A DNA stretch of 64,000 nucleotides from Squalus acanthias (taxonomy: Eukaryota), in assembly GCA_030390025.1 (NCBI GenBank), contig CM059431.1:143532001-143596000 (forward strand). The letters are read 5' to 3'. Numbering within the stretch: position 1 is the stretch's first letter; every line of letters begins with the position of its first letter. The notes under the pieces are model-generated. The model did not search any database. It saw only the letters and a program-made list of their open reading frames with translations, and was not told the origin of the DNA. A program made the position numbers and the translations under genes. Positions 1 through 13,294 of this stretch are shown piece by piece.

Positions 1-104
1 GACTTTGCATAAGGATTCTGCAAGCTGATTGGTTAAGGAAGCATACTGTCGCTTCTCCTGTTCCCTCCGTAGAGGGCGCTGGGCGGTTTGGCTCTAATTT
101 ACAC

Positions 105-1850
105 TGTCGATGAAGGAACGGCGATATATGTTCAAGTCAGGATCGTATGTTACTTCAACTGGAACTTGGAGGTGGTGGTGTTTCCATGCGGATGCTGCTC
201 TGGTCCTTCTTGGTGGCAGAGTCCGCGAGTTTAAGAGGTGCTGTCAAAGAAGCCTTGGCGATCTGCTGCAGTTCTTTCTGTAAAAAGCACACACTGCAGC
301 GATGGTGCACCGTTGGTGGAGGGGTTGGATGTTTAAGGTGGTGTGTGGGCTGCCGATGAAGCGTATTTCTCTGTCCTGGATTGCGTGGAGCTTCTTGAGT
401 GTTGTTGCAGCTGCACCGATCCAGGCAAGTGGGGAGTTTTCCATCACACGCCGCAGTTGTAACTTATAGGTGCAGTAGAGGTTCCTGGGTGGCCAGGATT
501 TGAGCCGCTCTCCACAGAATAACCAACCTCTGACCTTCTCTAGTAGCCACGAGTTTTTTGTGGCTAGTCAATGGTAGGGATTTGACGATGTCAATTCCAG
601 TGAATGATAAAGGGACATGGTTGAACTCTCTTTATGGAGATGGGCATGGCCTGGCACTTGTGTGGCGCGAATGTTAGTTGCCAATTATCCGCCCAAGCCT
701 AGATTTTGTCCAGGTCATGCTGCATGCATCTGACGAATTGAAAATGGAGCTGAACCCTGTGCAATCATCAGAGAGCATCCCCACTCCGAGATTTTTGATG
801 GAGGGAAGGTAATTGACGAAGCAGCTGTATGGTTAGTCCGAGGACACTGCCCCGAGGAACTCCTGCAGTGATGTCCTGTTGCTGAGAGGATTCGCCTCCA
901 ACAACCACACTCCATGGTGCCACACACGTCGAACACTGCCTTGATGTCAAGCACAGTCACTCTCACCTCACAGCTGGAATTCCTTGTTTGGATTCGATTG
1001 GTCCTGGTGGAACTCAACTTGAGCCTCGGTGTGCAGCTTATTTGTGATTAAGTGCTGCTTGATAGCAGTGTTAATGATTGAGTGTAGGCTGATAGGGCGG
1101 TAATTGGTCGGGTTGGATTTGTCATGCTCTGTGTGAACAGGTCACACCTGGACAATTCTGTACATTGCCGGGCAGATTGCAATGCTGTGGATGTACAGGA
1201 AAAACTTGACTAGAGGTGTGGTTAGTTCCAGAGCACAGATCTTCAACACTAAAGCCAGAATGTTGACGGGACCTCTAGCATTTGCTGTGCCCAGTGCATT
1301 CACTTGTTTCTTGATATCGAATTGCGGGGCAACTAGGCAGTAAAACTCACATGTAATTTGCATTCTGGACCTTTTGTCACCTTTAGTGCTTCCTCCAAGT
1401 TGTGTTCAAAATGGAGGAGCACTGATTCATCGGCTCAGGGAGGGTTGTAGGTGGTAATCAGCAGGAGGTTTCCTTGCCCATATTTGACTTCAAGGCATGA
1501 GATTTAATTGGCTCTGGAGTAAATGTTAATGATTCCCAGGGCACTTGCATCTGAGGGTATATCACTGTGCCCCACCACTGGTGGGTCTGTCCTGCTGGTG
1601 GGACAGGAAATACCGATGAATGCTGATGTAGGTGCCTGAGACGTTGGCTAATAACTATGATTTTATAAGTATCACTGCGTCACACAGTTGCTTGACTAAT
1701 GTGGTCCGCTTCTCCCCACTTTGGCACCAGTCCCCAGATGTTAGTGAGGATGGCTTTGTCGGGTTGACTGGGCTTGGTGTTCCTTCTTCGTGTCCGAATC
1801 CAATGCTGAAGCCGAGCGGTCCGTCCGGTTTTATTCTACCTTATTCTTTC
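105..1850 (-). mobile_element. Decayed non-LTR retrotransposon (CR1/L2-group LINE, RT region)
   Basis: Fragmented RT motifs on the - strand (VTVLDIKAVFD, AGVPRGSVLG, MENSPLAWIGAAATTLKKL). The same family recurs at 41706-42770. Confidence 0.8.
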
Positions 1851-2845
1851 TAGGCCATTTCAGAGGCCATCACATTGGTGAAGGACTGGAGTCACGTTTC
1901 GACCATTGGGTTTTATGATAATCTTTACGAATATCAGCTTTTTATTTCGAAATATTTCAAATTAGAATTTGAATTCAAATTCATGAAACAACCACGATGG
2001 GATTTGAACCGTTGTCTCCGGATTACTCGTTCAGTAATATAACCAACACGCTATTGTTCTCGACGCCTCCTCGTCTTTATATCCATTGTCTGATTGCACC
2101 TCTGTGAAGTGTCTTTCGTCGTTTTCTTTTCTGCATTAAAGGTGTTATATAAATATAAGCTTTGATGATGAAATTCCTGACTACACCAACCCCATTGCTG
2201 GATATTTGTTCCCGGTTGCCGAGGTTTCATACCGGCAGCGGGTGTGCAAAATAAGCGGTGTCAGACATTTCAATTACCGAGGGAAAAAGTGATGATTTTT
2301 TAGCATTATCTTTATTGTTCGATTCTCCCGCCATATACATCAACAGTGATTGTTTCGATTAGTCAATGATAATTTCTCAGGCAGTTTTTTAACTTTTTCT
2401 CTCACTTCAGCTTCGTTCCTACCCTGCAACTGGAGTTCTGACTCGCTGATGTTTTATTTCTCAATAAATCACAAAGTGTGGCAGCAGGAAAAAATGTGAC
2501 AAACGAGTTTATCATATCATTACTGAATTGTTTATTCAGTAATTTGATGTCATGTTGGACACTGAAGGACAGAGACAACTAATCACGTTACAAGTGCTGC
2601 AGATTCTCAGTGCTTTCTCGCTTTCCGAGAACTTTAATTCATCACATTTCTCTGCCATTAATGACTGAATCAAGATGCTTACACAATATTCAGCCCCTGT
2701 TCAGAATGGATCAGTATCCGGTCCAGTGACTGCTTTCTGTTCTCAACAACTGGGAGAGCCCATCACTGTGCAGATCCTTTTATTCTCATTCTCAGTGTTT
2801 ATCTTTCACTTCGCTCCTCAATATATTCATTTTTATTCTTTACAG

Positions 2846-3017
2846 AAAGTCACTGATCTCGTGGAGAAGGGTAACCGGGCTGACAGTTCCAAACTTCTCC
2901 TAAATCTGGTGATGGAGAAAGGCTCCAGGGCCCGAAGGGTGATGTGGGAATACTTCGTGAAAATGCGCCATGGGGTGCCAAAGCTGAACAAAATACTGAA
3001 AGAAATACAGGAACTTG
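2846..3017 (+). CDS. NLR gene exon, death-fold/CARD-like segment
   Basis: Acceptor ttctttacag| at 2845 and donor |gtgcgg at 3018. Encodes KVTDLVEKGNRADSSKLLLNLVMEKGSRARRVMWEYFVKMRHGVPKLNKILKEIQELG. Confidence 0.75.
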
Positions 3018-3114
3018 GTGCGGTAAAATCACACTGAATTCAAATTCAGATTCAAAAACGATTTTACTATAATATTTGAGATCAGAATTTATGAAAGCTA
3101 ATTGATTTAAACAG

Positions 3115-3180
3115 GTTCTGATCCATTTGATTACTTGAACATCGCACGAGGTGTATCCGTAATACCCAGTCACTTGAAAG
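3115..3180 (+). CDS. NLR gene 66-nt linker exon
   Basis: aaacag|GTTCTGAT...TTGAAAG|gtaagt. Phase 1-1, reads GSDPFDYLNIARGVSVIPSHLK and keeps frame into the NACHT exon. Confidence 0.75.
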
Positions 3181-3439
3181 GTAAGTGATGAAATGGAGAT
3201 TTCAATACATTTATTTCACTATAGAATCCAAATGTTTGACAGGAACCGATTGATTAAAGATTGTCAGAATCTGGGAATGAGAGGTTCAAAGGCTAGGGAA
3301 ATAGGATTGAACATTGTTTGGATAAGTGATTAAACCACAACAGTTCTGCATAGATTCAATTTACAATTAACGCCGATTTTTGAATTATTGGTAAATTTGC
3401 AAATCTTGTCTGCCCCAGTGATTGCATCACACATCGCAT

Positions 3440-4180
3440 ACACGTGGCAGGATCCTGATAGACTGTGAAACCCTATACACACCCGGCAGGATCCTGATAT
3501 ACTGTGAAACCACATACACACCTGGCAGGATCCTGATACACTGTGAAATCCCATACACACCTGGCAGGATCCTGATACACTGTGTAACCCCATACACACC
3601 TGGCAGGATCCTGATACACTGTGTAACCCCATACACACCTGGCAGGATCCTGATACACTGTGAAACCCCATACACACCTTGCAGGTTCCTGTTACACTGT
3701 TAAACCCCATACACACCCGGCAGGATCCTGATATACTGTGAAACCCCATACACACCTGGCAGGATACTGATACACTGTGAAATCCCATAAAAACCTGGCT
3801 GGATCCTGATACACTGTGAAACCCCAGACACAACTGGCAGGATCCCGATACACCATGAAACCCCATTCAAGACTGGCAGGATCCTGCTGCACTGTGAAAC
3901 CTCATAAACACCTGGCAGGGTCTTGATACACTGTGAAACCCCCTACACATCAGGCAGGATCTTGATACACTGTGAAACCCCCTACACATCAGGCAGGATC
4001 TTCATACACTGTGAAACCCCATACACACCTGGCGGGATCCCAATACACTACGAAACCCCATACACACCTGGCAGGATCCCGATACACTGTCAAACCCTAT
4101 ACACACCTGGCAAGTTCCTAATATACCCTGAAACCCCAAACACATCTGGCAGGATACCAATTTACTGTGAATCCCCAGGA
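3440..4180. repeat. Intronic minisatellite, 39-bp unit
   Basis: Tandem CACACCTGGCAGGATCCTGATACACTGTGAAACCCCATA, about 19 copies. Confidence 0.95.
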
Positions 4181-5691
4181 ACATGAGGAAAAGGCCATGT
4201 TATGGCTGATATAAAATTGATTGGACCGATTCCCTCTGGCAGTAAAACAGACAAACTAAGAACACAGAAGCTTGTTGTACTGAAAGAAGCGTCATTTCAT
4301 TTAGGGGAATTTTGAATCCCAATTTACTGATTATCAGAAAGATATTTATAATTTTCAAAACTATTTTGTAGGAAACTCGTATCCAAATGAAACGTTGGAG
4401 TTTAGTAATTCTAACTGTTGAAATGAACTCTCAATCTTTTCTTCCCTAACGTAATACTGAGTGGAGTCGGCGGTACTTCAGTTTCTGATTCTGATCGGTT
4501 ATCTGATGAGATTGTTATTTAAAAATAATATAAGTGTAAAATTACTGAAAGCTGATCGCATTTTCTGAAACACAACAGCAGGATGTTTAGGGGAAGAAAA
4601 GGACACTTTTGTCCAAACAAGTCTGTACCTGTTAGAGATGAACCCACCTGCCCTCCTCTCAGTGTATCCACAGAAACACAACCAATTGTCTCTTTCCACT
4701 ATTACACTGCCCCTTAGTGTCCTCCCTGGTAACTGGTCTCCCGCTCTATTACCCTTTGGTGAAAATGATTACACTGATTTCCCTTCTTAGTCCTGGCTTC
4801 CTAGTGTCAGTTTTCTCTTAAATAATTGTGTTAATTGTGAATCTCATACCGGCATTAATTATGTGACTTCCGTCAGAAATTCTGATCAGTAATTCAGTCT
4901 CCAAAGTCTCTTATTCCAAACTGTACAAATCTAACACCGCACCCTTTCCTCTGCCTTAATTGTGCCATAATCATCTTATTTCTCTCTGCACCTTCAGCAT
5001 TGCAATAACATTCTTCCTGTGGATATGTGATTAGAAGCACACACAATACCTGCCGAGGATTTCGCACACTAACTGTGGAACTTCTGCCCATTCTCAACGT
5101 GTGCCTCTCCCAGCGCACACTACCCCAGATAATCTGCTCAAGGGTTGATATGCTAACAGTGCAAGTTCTGTCCATTCACAGTCTGTCCCTCTCACAGTAC
5201 CCACACTAACCCAGATAACATGCCCAATACCTGATACAGTAACAGTGGACCTTCTGCACCTTGTCCCTCTCGGTGAGCAATCAATCCCGTTATCCACTGC
5301 GGCAGAAGGGAAGCACCACTGACAGTTTCAGAGATTGATCCACTAGAACTTCTACTGTCGTATAATCAGAATCATGTGTGCATTTATAATGAGATGTCTA
5401 TAGCACAGGGCAGGCCGGATAGTATTAAACATCAGAGGGAAAATATCACCTTCATAGAAATCTCCATGTTCAGTGAATATTAGAATCAAGTCAGGATTTG
5501 AAACTTTTCTCGGCCATTGTTCACTTTCAAATGAGGTATCCATTAACTGATATTTAATTTCTATGCACACCTCTATTGAAGTAGTGAATTAAATCTTGCA
5601 ATATTTTACTGAACATTAAATAGTATTGAGAAGTTGTTTTTTGTCAATACCACTAACATTGATAACCTCTTGCTGCCTGTTAAAATTGAAG

Positions 5692-7465
5692 ATGTTCAAA
5701 AGAGACACAAGGAAACACTCCGGTTACAAACTGAGACAATGAGAGTGAACACTATCCTAATAAAGGAGAAGGTTAAGGTTTTCCAGCTGGTTGATCGATA
5801 CGCTGAAATAACGGTCATTTCTACTGTTCGAGATCGGACACTTGGAGAACATGAATTGCTGGCAAGAGGCCGAGATCATGAAGAGTGGATGCAGAAACAT
5901 CTCCGGGGAGAACTGGAGAAAATACGACCTGATCACTTTTTCCAAAGCAGTTTTTCCTGGACAGGCAAATTGCTCCAGAAAATTAAGGGAGTCTTCTGGC
6001 AGTCCAATTCTGGGAGTTCAGGAGCAGTGAGCGGAGTCCCGGGGATTGGAAAAACAACAATGGTACAAAAGATTGTTTATGACTGGGCAACTGGGAAAAT
6101 ATACCCACATTTTCAATTTGTTTTCAGCTTTAAATTCCGGGATTTGAACGCCATTAACTGTAGAATAAACCTGAGGAATCTGATACTGGATCTGTATCCT
6201 TACTTTGGGAATGTGCTGGGAGAGCTCTGGAAGAACCCAGAGGGATTGCTGTTTATATTCGATGGTTTGGATGAATTCAAGGAAAAGATCGATTTTGCTG
6301 ACAGTCGGAGAAATACAGAACCTCAGAACATGTGCACAGATCCGGAATGCTGGTGTGAAGTGTCTGACATTGTGTACAGTTTAATACAGCACAAGCTGCT
6401 CCCAGGATGTTCAGTGCTAGTGACCAGTCGCCCCACTGCATTACATTTATTGGAAAAGGCTGAGATCAGTGTCTGGGCTGAAATCCTGGGATTTGTTGGT
6501 GAAGAACGGGAAGAATATTTCAACAAGTTTTTTGAAGAAAAGACGGTGGCAGCAGCTGTTTTGAAACACGTGGAGGAGAACGAGATCCTGTACACCATGT
6601 GCTACAACCCTTCCTACTGCTGGATCCTCGGTCTGTCACTGGGTCCCTTCTTTACACAAAGAGACAGGAATCAGCAGCGAGTTCCCAAGACCATCACCCA
6701 ACTATATTCCTACTATACCTACAACATTCTGAAAAACCATGGCCGAGAGATTGAAAGCCCCCGTGATGTGTTACTGAAGCTTGGTGAGATGGCCTTCACA
6801 GGAGTCTCTGAAAAGAAGATTTTGTTCAGAAATGGAGATTTGATTAAGTATAATCTGCAACCTTCCCAGTTCCTGTCTGGGTTCATGATGGAACCTTTGG
6901 AGAGAGATGATTCTGCCCAGAGCATGATGTACACATTCCCGCACCTCACCATCCAAGAGTTTGTAGCCGCACTCACACAATTTCTGACTCCCGATCCCGG
7001 GGACATTCGGAAACTCCTCAGTGAAGCCCACAGCAAGGAAGATGGGCGATTTCAGATATTTCTCCGTTTTGTTGCTGGTCTCTCCTCCCCACAGGCAGCT
7101 CGGCCCCTGGAGGTGTTTCTGGGTCCATTTCTTCATCAAACCACCTGCCGAGTGATTGACTGGGTGAAGGAGAAGGTTGAAGAACAGATTGGGAACACAG
7201 AGAGTGAAACTCGTAAAAGGGACATTCTGGACACATTCCACTACCTGTTTGAGTCTCAGAATAACGCACTGGCTCGGGCCACAGTGGGATCTGTGGAAAC
7301 ACTTACATTTAGTGGATTGCGACTGACACCGATTGACTGTGCGGTCCTGTCTCATGTCATTGAACTCTGTGATACAATAAAAAACCTCGATCTCGGAGGC
7401 TGCTCCATTCAATGTGAAGGACTCCAGCGGCTGGGATCCGTACTGCACAAATGCCGGGTATTGAG
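5692..7465 (+). CDS. NLR gene NACHT exon (NLRP3/NLRC3-like NACHT-LRR protein)
   Basis: Open frame with Walker A GVPGIGKT, Walker B LLFIFDGLDE, sensor-1 VLVTSRP, winged-helix FPHLTIQEF and a first LRR. Acceptor gaag| at 5691, donor |gtaact at 7466. Confidence 0.95.
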
Positions 7466-8089
7466 GTAACTGTCTATTTGTCTCTAACTGTTGGGCGAAT
7501 TGTAGAACAGTCACAGATTGTGTTGTTGCTCCGTAATGAAGGGAAACAAACAGTTCCGTTAAACCAGAGAGAAGCAGATTCTATACTTATATGACCAAAT
7601 ATAAGAGGATAGATTAGTAATTCCCTAAGGACTGGAGAATCTAAAATGTATCCTTGTGAACAAGTAGGGATTGTACAGCCTTTATCGGATCAGCAAATAC
7701 AGGTCACTGAGAGTCTGACAATTTAATTACAATATATCTTATTTAATAAGGCGGGGCAACGGGATATAAGCAGAAAATATAATCCGGCAGTAAAGGTAAA
7801 ATGAATTAAAAATATTTCCTCCTCCACCATTGCAACTAGAAACAGTACAGAAACCCGAGTTTAAATCACTAACTGTTCGATATTTGCTCCAATACCGTGC
7901 AGGCTGTGTCTTGTCGAGGAGGAGGTTTCCTGGATTGGGAATATTGGGGAATAGGGAATTCTTTCAACTTTAAATATTTACAATTATACACAGTCCTGAA
8001 CATTGAGTAAAGATTGATATTCAAGATCTTAATTCTGCCGTTAAAAAAGTTCGACTCTAACGTGTTGTGGGGTATTAGACCCGGAGTAC

Positions 8090-9530
8090 AGACACACACC
8101 GGCCAGCGGTGGGGCCTCGCACACAGCGGGCAGCTCCTGGGTAAACCGGGGACAGTGAACCCGGGAATTCCCCATAATCCGCCCCCTGTATGTGAGGCCC
8201 TGCTCGGTGAGAGAACTTCAGAAAATTTCCCAAAAGCTGTCGGGCCAGTTACACCTGAAATAAATGTAGTCCCAGTTTAATAGAAATATATTGAGATACT
8301 CCCCTCCCCTATAAACTAGGAGCACAGGGACATTTAAAAATTGTAACGGGACAGAATAAACTATCCTTGTTACGTTAAAAACCTGGGGTGGGGGATTTTG
8401 CAGCAGCAGTCAGCGCCGTTTCACAATATAACTCAACCGGAGATATTATACAGATTAATATAATGCACAGAGTATAAAGTACAGGGAATCACCACCTTCT
8501 CATTTAATTTCGTCCACATTGCTGCCTGGGACGACAGGGATGGCCTCAACAAGGCCAGATTTACTTCACTTGACGCTTTACACCCTGGCTGCCACATGAT
8601 GCGCCAGTTTGGCACCACCCCACACCAACAACATAAAGCATCACTACAATGCCCAAACCATTCCTTTCATACTCATCAGCATTGCGGGGTTACCGTTATT
8701 TCTCACCATTCACTGCAACTCTCTAAGCCACTTTCAACTGCGCACACAGATCTGTCCAAGAACGGAATGTATTGAAAATAAAGATGTCAATGTTTAGCAG
8801 CGCATTAACAGAAACTTCACATGAACATTGGCTAAAACACACAATTGCCTTCCCTCGTGTGTTATTAGTTGGTATGATTGGACTAGGATGAGGATGAGTG
8901 AGATGGGGATGTGATATGTAGATAGACAGGGTTGGGTGGAGGTACAAGGTAAGTTGGTGTGAGTAAGAATGTGCAGGAGTAGTGTAGGGAAGGCAGAGTG
9001 ATGAGGATGTGATGTGTGGCACAGCAGGATGAGGTTGAGTGTGGCTTTGCAGGAACGTTTTGTGATCTACTGAGATAATTGAAAGGTTTGTGCCACTGCA
9101 GCCTGGTCCTCCTGACGACATTCCTGCTTGTGTCCTCCTATGCAATGTGCAACCAGGCTGCATTGGTCTCCTGGGGAGGTCTCTTCCGTCCATTGGAAGT
9201 GAAGGGAACCTCCCTGCGTGCTGGGTGCAGCCGTGCACCTTTGTGCAGTGCTTGTCAGTATTTGCAGCACCTCAGTGCTGTAGAACACTGACAGCACAAA
9301 TGATAAGCTAAATTTGTTCATGGCCCCTTTAAGGAAAGCGGCTTCCGGCGCGTCATCAAGTGACGGCACCAGACCGGCTTCCTCTAATTGGCCGGAAAAC
9401 GCGCTGGACGTGTTTTCCAAGCCAATCAGGGGAAAGTCCTTCGACAGATCGGGACCAGGAGCCGCCACCTTCCCCGGCCCAACCGGGCCCGCCAAGGTGG
9501 GATGTCGCGGGGGGAAACCGGGTTATTAAT
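8090..9530 (-). mobile_element. Harbinger-type DNA transposon remnant with Myb/SANT ORF fragment in NLR intron
   Basis: The - strand at ~9055-9222 reads ARREVPFTSNGRKRPPQETNAAWLHIA*EDTSRNVVRRTRLQWHKPFNYLSRS, matching the Myb/SANT pattern AWxxIA...RTxxQxxKxFNxL. Element ends uncertain. Confidence 0.6.
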
Positions 9531-9632
9531 TTGCTGAAGTACTTTCAGTGATTGCTGCAATATCCGAGAGATAAAAATATATCAGATCCCGGGTTTAATT
9601 CAGTTTGTTTCTCACTCTCTGTTTGTATTCAG

Positions 9633-9719
9633 ACTGAGGAGCAATAAACTGGGAGATTCAGGAGTGAAACTGTTGTCTGCGGCTCTGAGGAACCCTAACT
9701 GTAAAATACAGGAAATGCA
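9633..9719 (+). CDS. NLR gene LRR exon (87 nt)
   Basis: tattcag|ACTGAGG...ATGCA|gtaagt. Reads LRSNKLGDSGVKLLSAALRNPNCKIQEM, an RI-like LRR, phase 2-2. Confidence 0.9.
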
Positions 9720-9900
9720 GTAAGTACCAGACTATGAGAGATTGTGTTTATAATAACTGGATGTCTGACACTGCATGTTATTATTGGCATCAATAATAAT
9801 GTTATTAATAAACACTGTACATTATTATTAGTATCAGTAATAGTGATATTAGTCATCTTGGGATTTATACAGTTTCCTGTTATTTCTCTCTGATACGCAG

Positions 9901-10068
9901 GCTATGGGATGTCGGTCTCACAGATTCTTGTACCGAGGATCTCGCCTCCGATCTCAGTACAAACCGGTCATTGACGGATCTGAACCTGGGATCAAACTTC
10001 TTCACAGACCGATCTGTCCTAACTCTTCACCGCCTCATACTGACCTGCAGGAGTCTGAAGTGGATCCG
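9901..10068 (+). CDS. NLR gene LRR exon (168 nt)
   Basis: acgcag|GCTATGG...ATCCG|gtgagt. Reads LWDVGLTDSCTEDLASDLSTNRSLTDLNLGSNFFTDRSVLTLHRLILTCRSLKWI. Confidence 0.9.
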
Positions 10069-10219
10069 GTGAGTGTTTGTGTAAACGCTTAATGTAATAA
10101 ATAAAATATTAAAGGGATTTAGTCACTTTTACGGATAATATTTTTTGTAATTATCGTTGAAATATTAAACCCAGTCTCCCTGTCTGTTTATTTCCTGTTT
10201 AATCTTTAATCTATTTCAG

Positions 10220-10307
10220 GCTGTTGGGAAATCAGTTCAGTTCAGAAGGAAAGGGGGACCTGCAGTCGCTGTGGGAATCAAGACCCAGACTGAGAGTATT
10301 TGTGTGA
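10220..10307 (+). CDS. NLR gene terminal exon
   Basis: tatttcag|GCTGTTG. Reads LLGNQFSSEGKGDLQSLWESRPRLRVFV then TGA at 10305-10307. Confidence 0.85.
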
Positions 10308-10654
10308 ACATTTCAATTAATGACCATTATTGGTCTCATTATATGGCCATTTTGTCCGATTTTCTGACCCTACCTTTTAAGCGAACGCGCTCCGGGTTTT
10401 AATCCTATCGGCCCCTTTAAGGGTTACCAGCTCGAGCTGAGCGAGCGTCATCTCCCATTGTGAAGTCAGTGGCCCAGCCACTGGTCACGAGACTCAGCCA
10501 CCCGGCCCCACAGCGCTGCTTCTGCAGGATATCCGGGACTGAATGTTGCCCAATGGGGCACTGGTGAAATGCACATACAGGAAGGGCCCAGGGTGCGGCT
10601 CAGTCTGGGCTGCATTGGGACACTGAAAATTGCACTCAGTATTCCTGGGTGTCC

Positions 10655-12003
10655 CTCCCAGTGAGGAGTCGGACTGTGTAACCAGTGTCCCTGTGTACAG
10701 TGTGTGTCTAAACAAGTGAGGAGTCGGACTCTGTAACAAGTGTCCATGTGTGCAGTGTGTGACTCTGCGAGTGAGGAGTCGGAATCTGTAACAAGTGTCC
10801 CTGCATACAGTGTGTGGCTCTCCCAGTGTGGAGTCGGACAATGTAACAAGTGTTCCTGTGTACAGTGTGTGTCTCTCCCACTGAGGAGTCAGACTATTTA
10901 ACAAGTGTCCATGTGTACAGAGTGTGTCTCTCCCACTGAGGAGTTAGATGCTCTAACAAGTGTCCCTGTGTACAGTGTGAGACTCTACCAGTGAGGAGTC
11001 AGAATCTGTAACAAGTGTCCCTGTGTACATTTTCTGTCTCTCCCAGTGAGGAGTCACACTCTGTAACAAGTGTACCTGTGTACAGTTTGTGTGTCTCCCA
11101 GTGAGGTGTAAGACTCTGTAACAAGTGTCCCTGTGTACAGTGTGTGTCTCTCCCAGTGAGGAGTCGGACTCTGTAACAAGCGTCCCTGTGTACAGTGTCT
11201 GTCTCTGCCAGTGAGGAGTCGAACTCTGTAACAAGTGTTCCTGTGTACAGTTTGTGTCTCTCCCAGTGTGGTGTAAGACACTGTAACTGGTGTCCCTGTG
11301 AGCAGTGTGTGGCTCTTCCAGTAAGGAGTCAGATTCTGCAACAAGTGTCCCTGTGTACAGTGTGTGTCTCTCCCAGTGAGGAGTCAGACGCTGTAACAAG
11401 CGTCCCTGTGTAGAGTGTGTGTCTCTGCGAGTGAAGAGTTAGACTCTATAAGAAGTGGCCCTGTGTACAGTGTGTGTCTCTCCCAGTGAGGAGTCGGACT
11501 CTGTAACAAGTGTCCCTGTGTACAGTGTCTCTCCCAGTGAGGAGTCAGACTCTGTAACAAGTGTCACTGTGTACAGTGTGTGTCTCTCCCAGTGAGGAGT
11601 CAGACTCTGTAACAAGTGACCCTGTGTACAGTGTGTGTCTCTCCCAGTGAGGAGTCAGACTCTGTAACAAGTGTCCCTGTGTACAGTGTGTGTCTCTCCC
11701 AGTGAGGTGTCGGACTCTGTAACAAGTGTCCCTGTGTACAGTGTGTGTCTCTCCCAGTGAGGAGTCGGACTCTGTAACAAGTGTCCCTGTGTACAGTGTG
11801 TGTCTCTCCCAGTGAGGTGTCGGACTCTGTAACAAGTGTCCCTGTGTACAGTGTGTGTCTCTCCCAGTGAGGAGTCGGACTCTGTAACAAGTGTCCTTGT
11901 GTACAGTGTGTGTCTCTCCCAGTGAGGAGTCGACTCTGTAACAAGTGTCACTGTGTACAGTGTGTTTCTCTCCCAGTGACGAGTCGGACTCTGTAACAAG
12001 TGC
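10655..12003. repeat. Minisatellite, 55-bp unit
   Basis: Tandem CCCAGTGAGGAGTCGGACTCTGTAACAAGTGTCCCTGTGTACAGTGTGTGTCTCT, about 24 copies. Confidence 0.95.
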
Positions 12004-12316
12004 CCCTACAACCCTCCGAGATCTCTCCACTCCTCTGACCTGTTGCATATTCACGATTTTCATTGCTCCACATTGGCGCCATGACTTCAGCTGCCAAGGC
12101 CCTAAACGCTGGAAATCCCTCTCTAAACCTCTTTGCAGCTCTGCCTCTCTCTCCTCCTCCTTTAAACGCTTCTTAAAACCTACTTCTTTCAGCGAGATTT
12201 TGGTCATCTGTCCTAAAATCTCTTTATGTGGCTCAGTGTAAAGCTTTGTCTGATAATTGTCTTGTGACGTTTCATTACATTAAAGTCGCTATATAAATGC
12301 AAGTTATTGTTGTTGT
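12004..12316 (+). mobile_element. L2-type LINE 3' end
   Basis: Ends in an L2-like tail GCTATATAAATGCAAGTTATTGTTGTTG. Confidence 0.6.
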
Positions 12317-13294
12317 CCCTGTGTTGTGTTAATAAAATTCCACCGCTTACTTCAGCTCGTGCATGGTCTCCTCGTTATTTTCATAAAAAACTGACTTCAT
12401 TGTTTAAATATATTAAATAAATGTTCCTCAATAGTACATCCCACCTTCTCCAAACGACACTGTAGACGCGACCTGTCGGTCTATTGAAGCGGGTGGTCTT
12501 ACTCGGGAGGCTGGATATACAATTTACACAAGATGGTGAGACTGAGTGTCAGGCAAAAGAGCGCAGCTGGGACTCTAAAAATGGCGCCCCACAGGCAACG
12601 GAAAATGGCCGCCATAAACCTGTCGTAAAATGGTCAACATCACCCTACAACAAAATGGCCCCCATCAATCTGCAAAAAATCATAGAATTATACAGCCCAT
12701 TCGGCCCATCCTGCCTGTGCCCGCTCTTTGAAAGTGCGATCCAATTAGTCCCTCTTTCTCCCTGCAGCCATGCAAACTGTGTCTTTACAAGTATACAAGT
12801 ACAATCTGCCTCCACCACCCTTTCAGACAGTGCATTCCAGATCAGAACAACTCGTTGCAGAAAATATCCTCCCCTTCTCTGCTCTGTTTCTTTGCCAATT
12901 ATTTTAAACCTGTGTCCTTTGGTTACCCTGCCTCCTGCCCCGGAAATAGTTTCTCCCTATTTAATCTGTCACAACCACTCAAATGGCCTCCATGTCCCCT
13001 CAAAGTTGTCGCATGGCTCGGAAACACAAGCATTATTTTGAAATGTCCATCCACGTGGTCACGTTTCGACTTTAATTTCCTCTCAGCTCCTGTTCATCAG
13101 GCACCGAGTTAACATGTTTTTGTAACATTGCAGGCCGGGCTACTTTTAACCCCAGGCTTTAAGCTCTTCAAAACACAAGGGTCACAATCGAACAGGAACT
13201 TGTCAGGCCGAGGCAACAAATCCAGAGCCCAGAGAGGAAATTGAACCCCAGGTAATAAACAGACAGAAATCATATGCATCCCATTGGGTACAAC

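Noticed and set aside
3330..4186. Cys/His-rich repetitive ORFs resembling zinc-finger linkers (IHCETPYT)
   Set aside because: They are translations of a 39-bp intronic minisatellite and lack true C2H2 spacing.
6771..7514. 247-aa antisense ORF
   Set aside because: It is the shadow of the NACHT exon.
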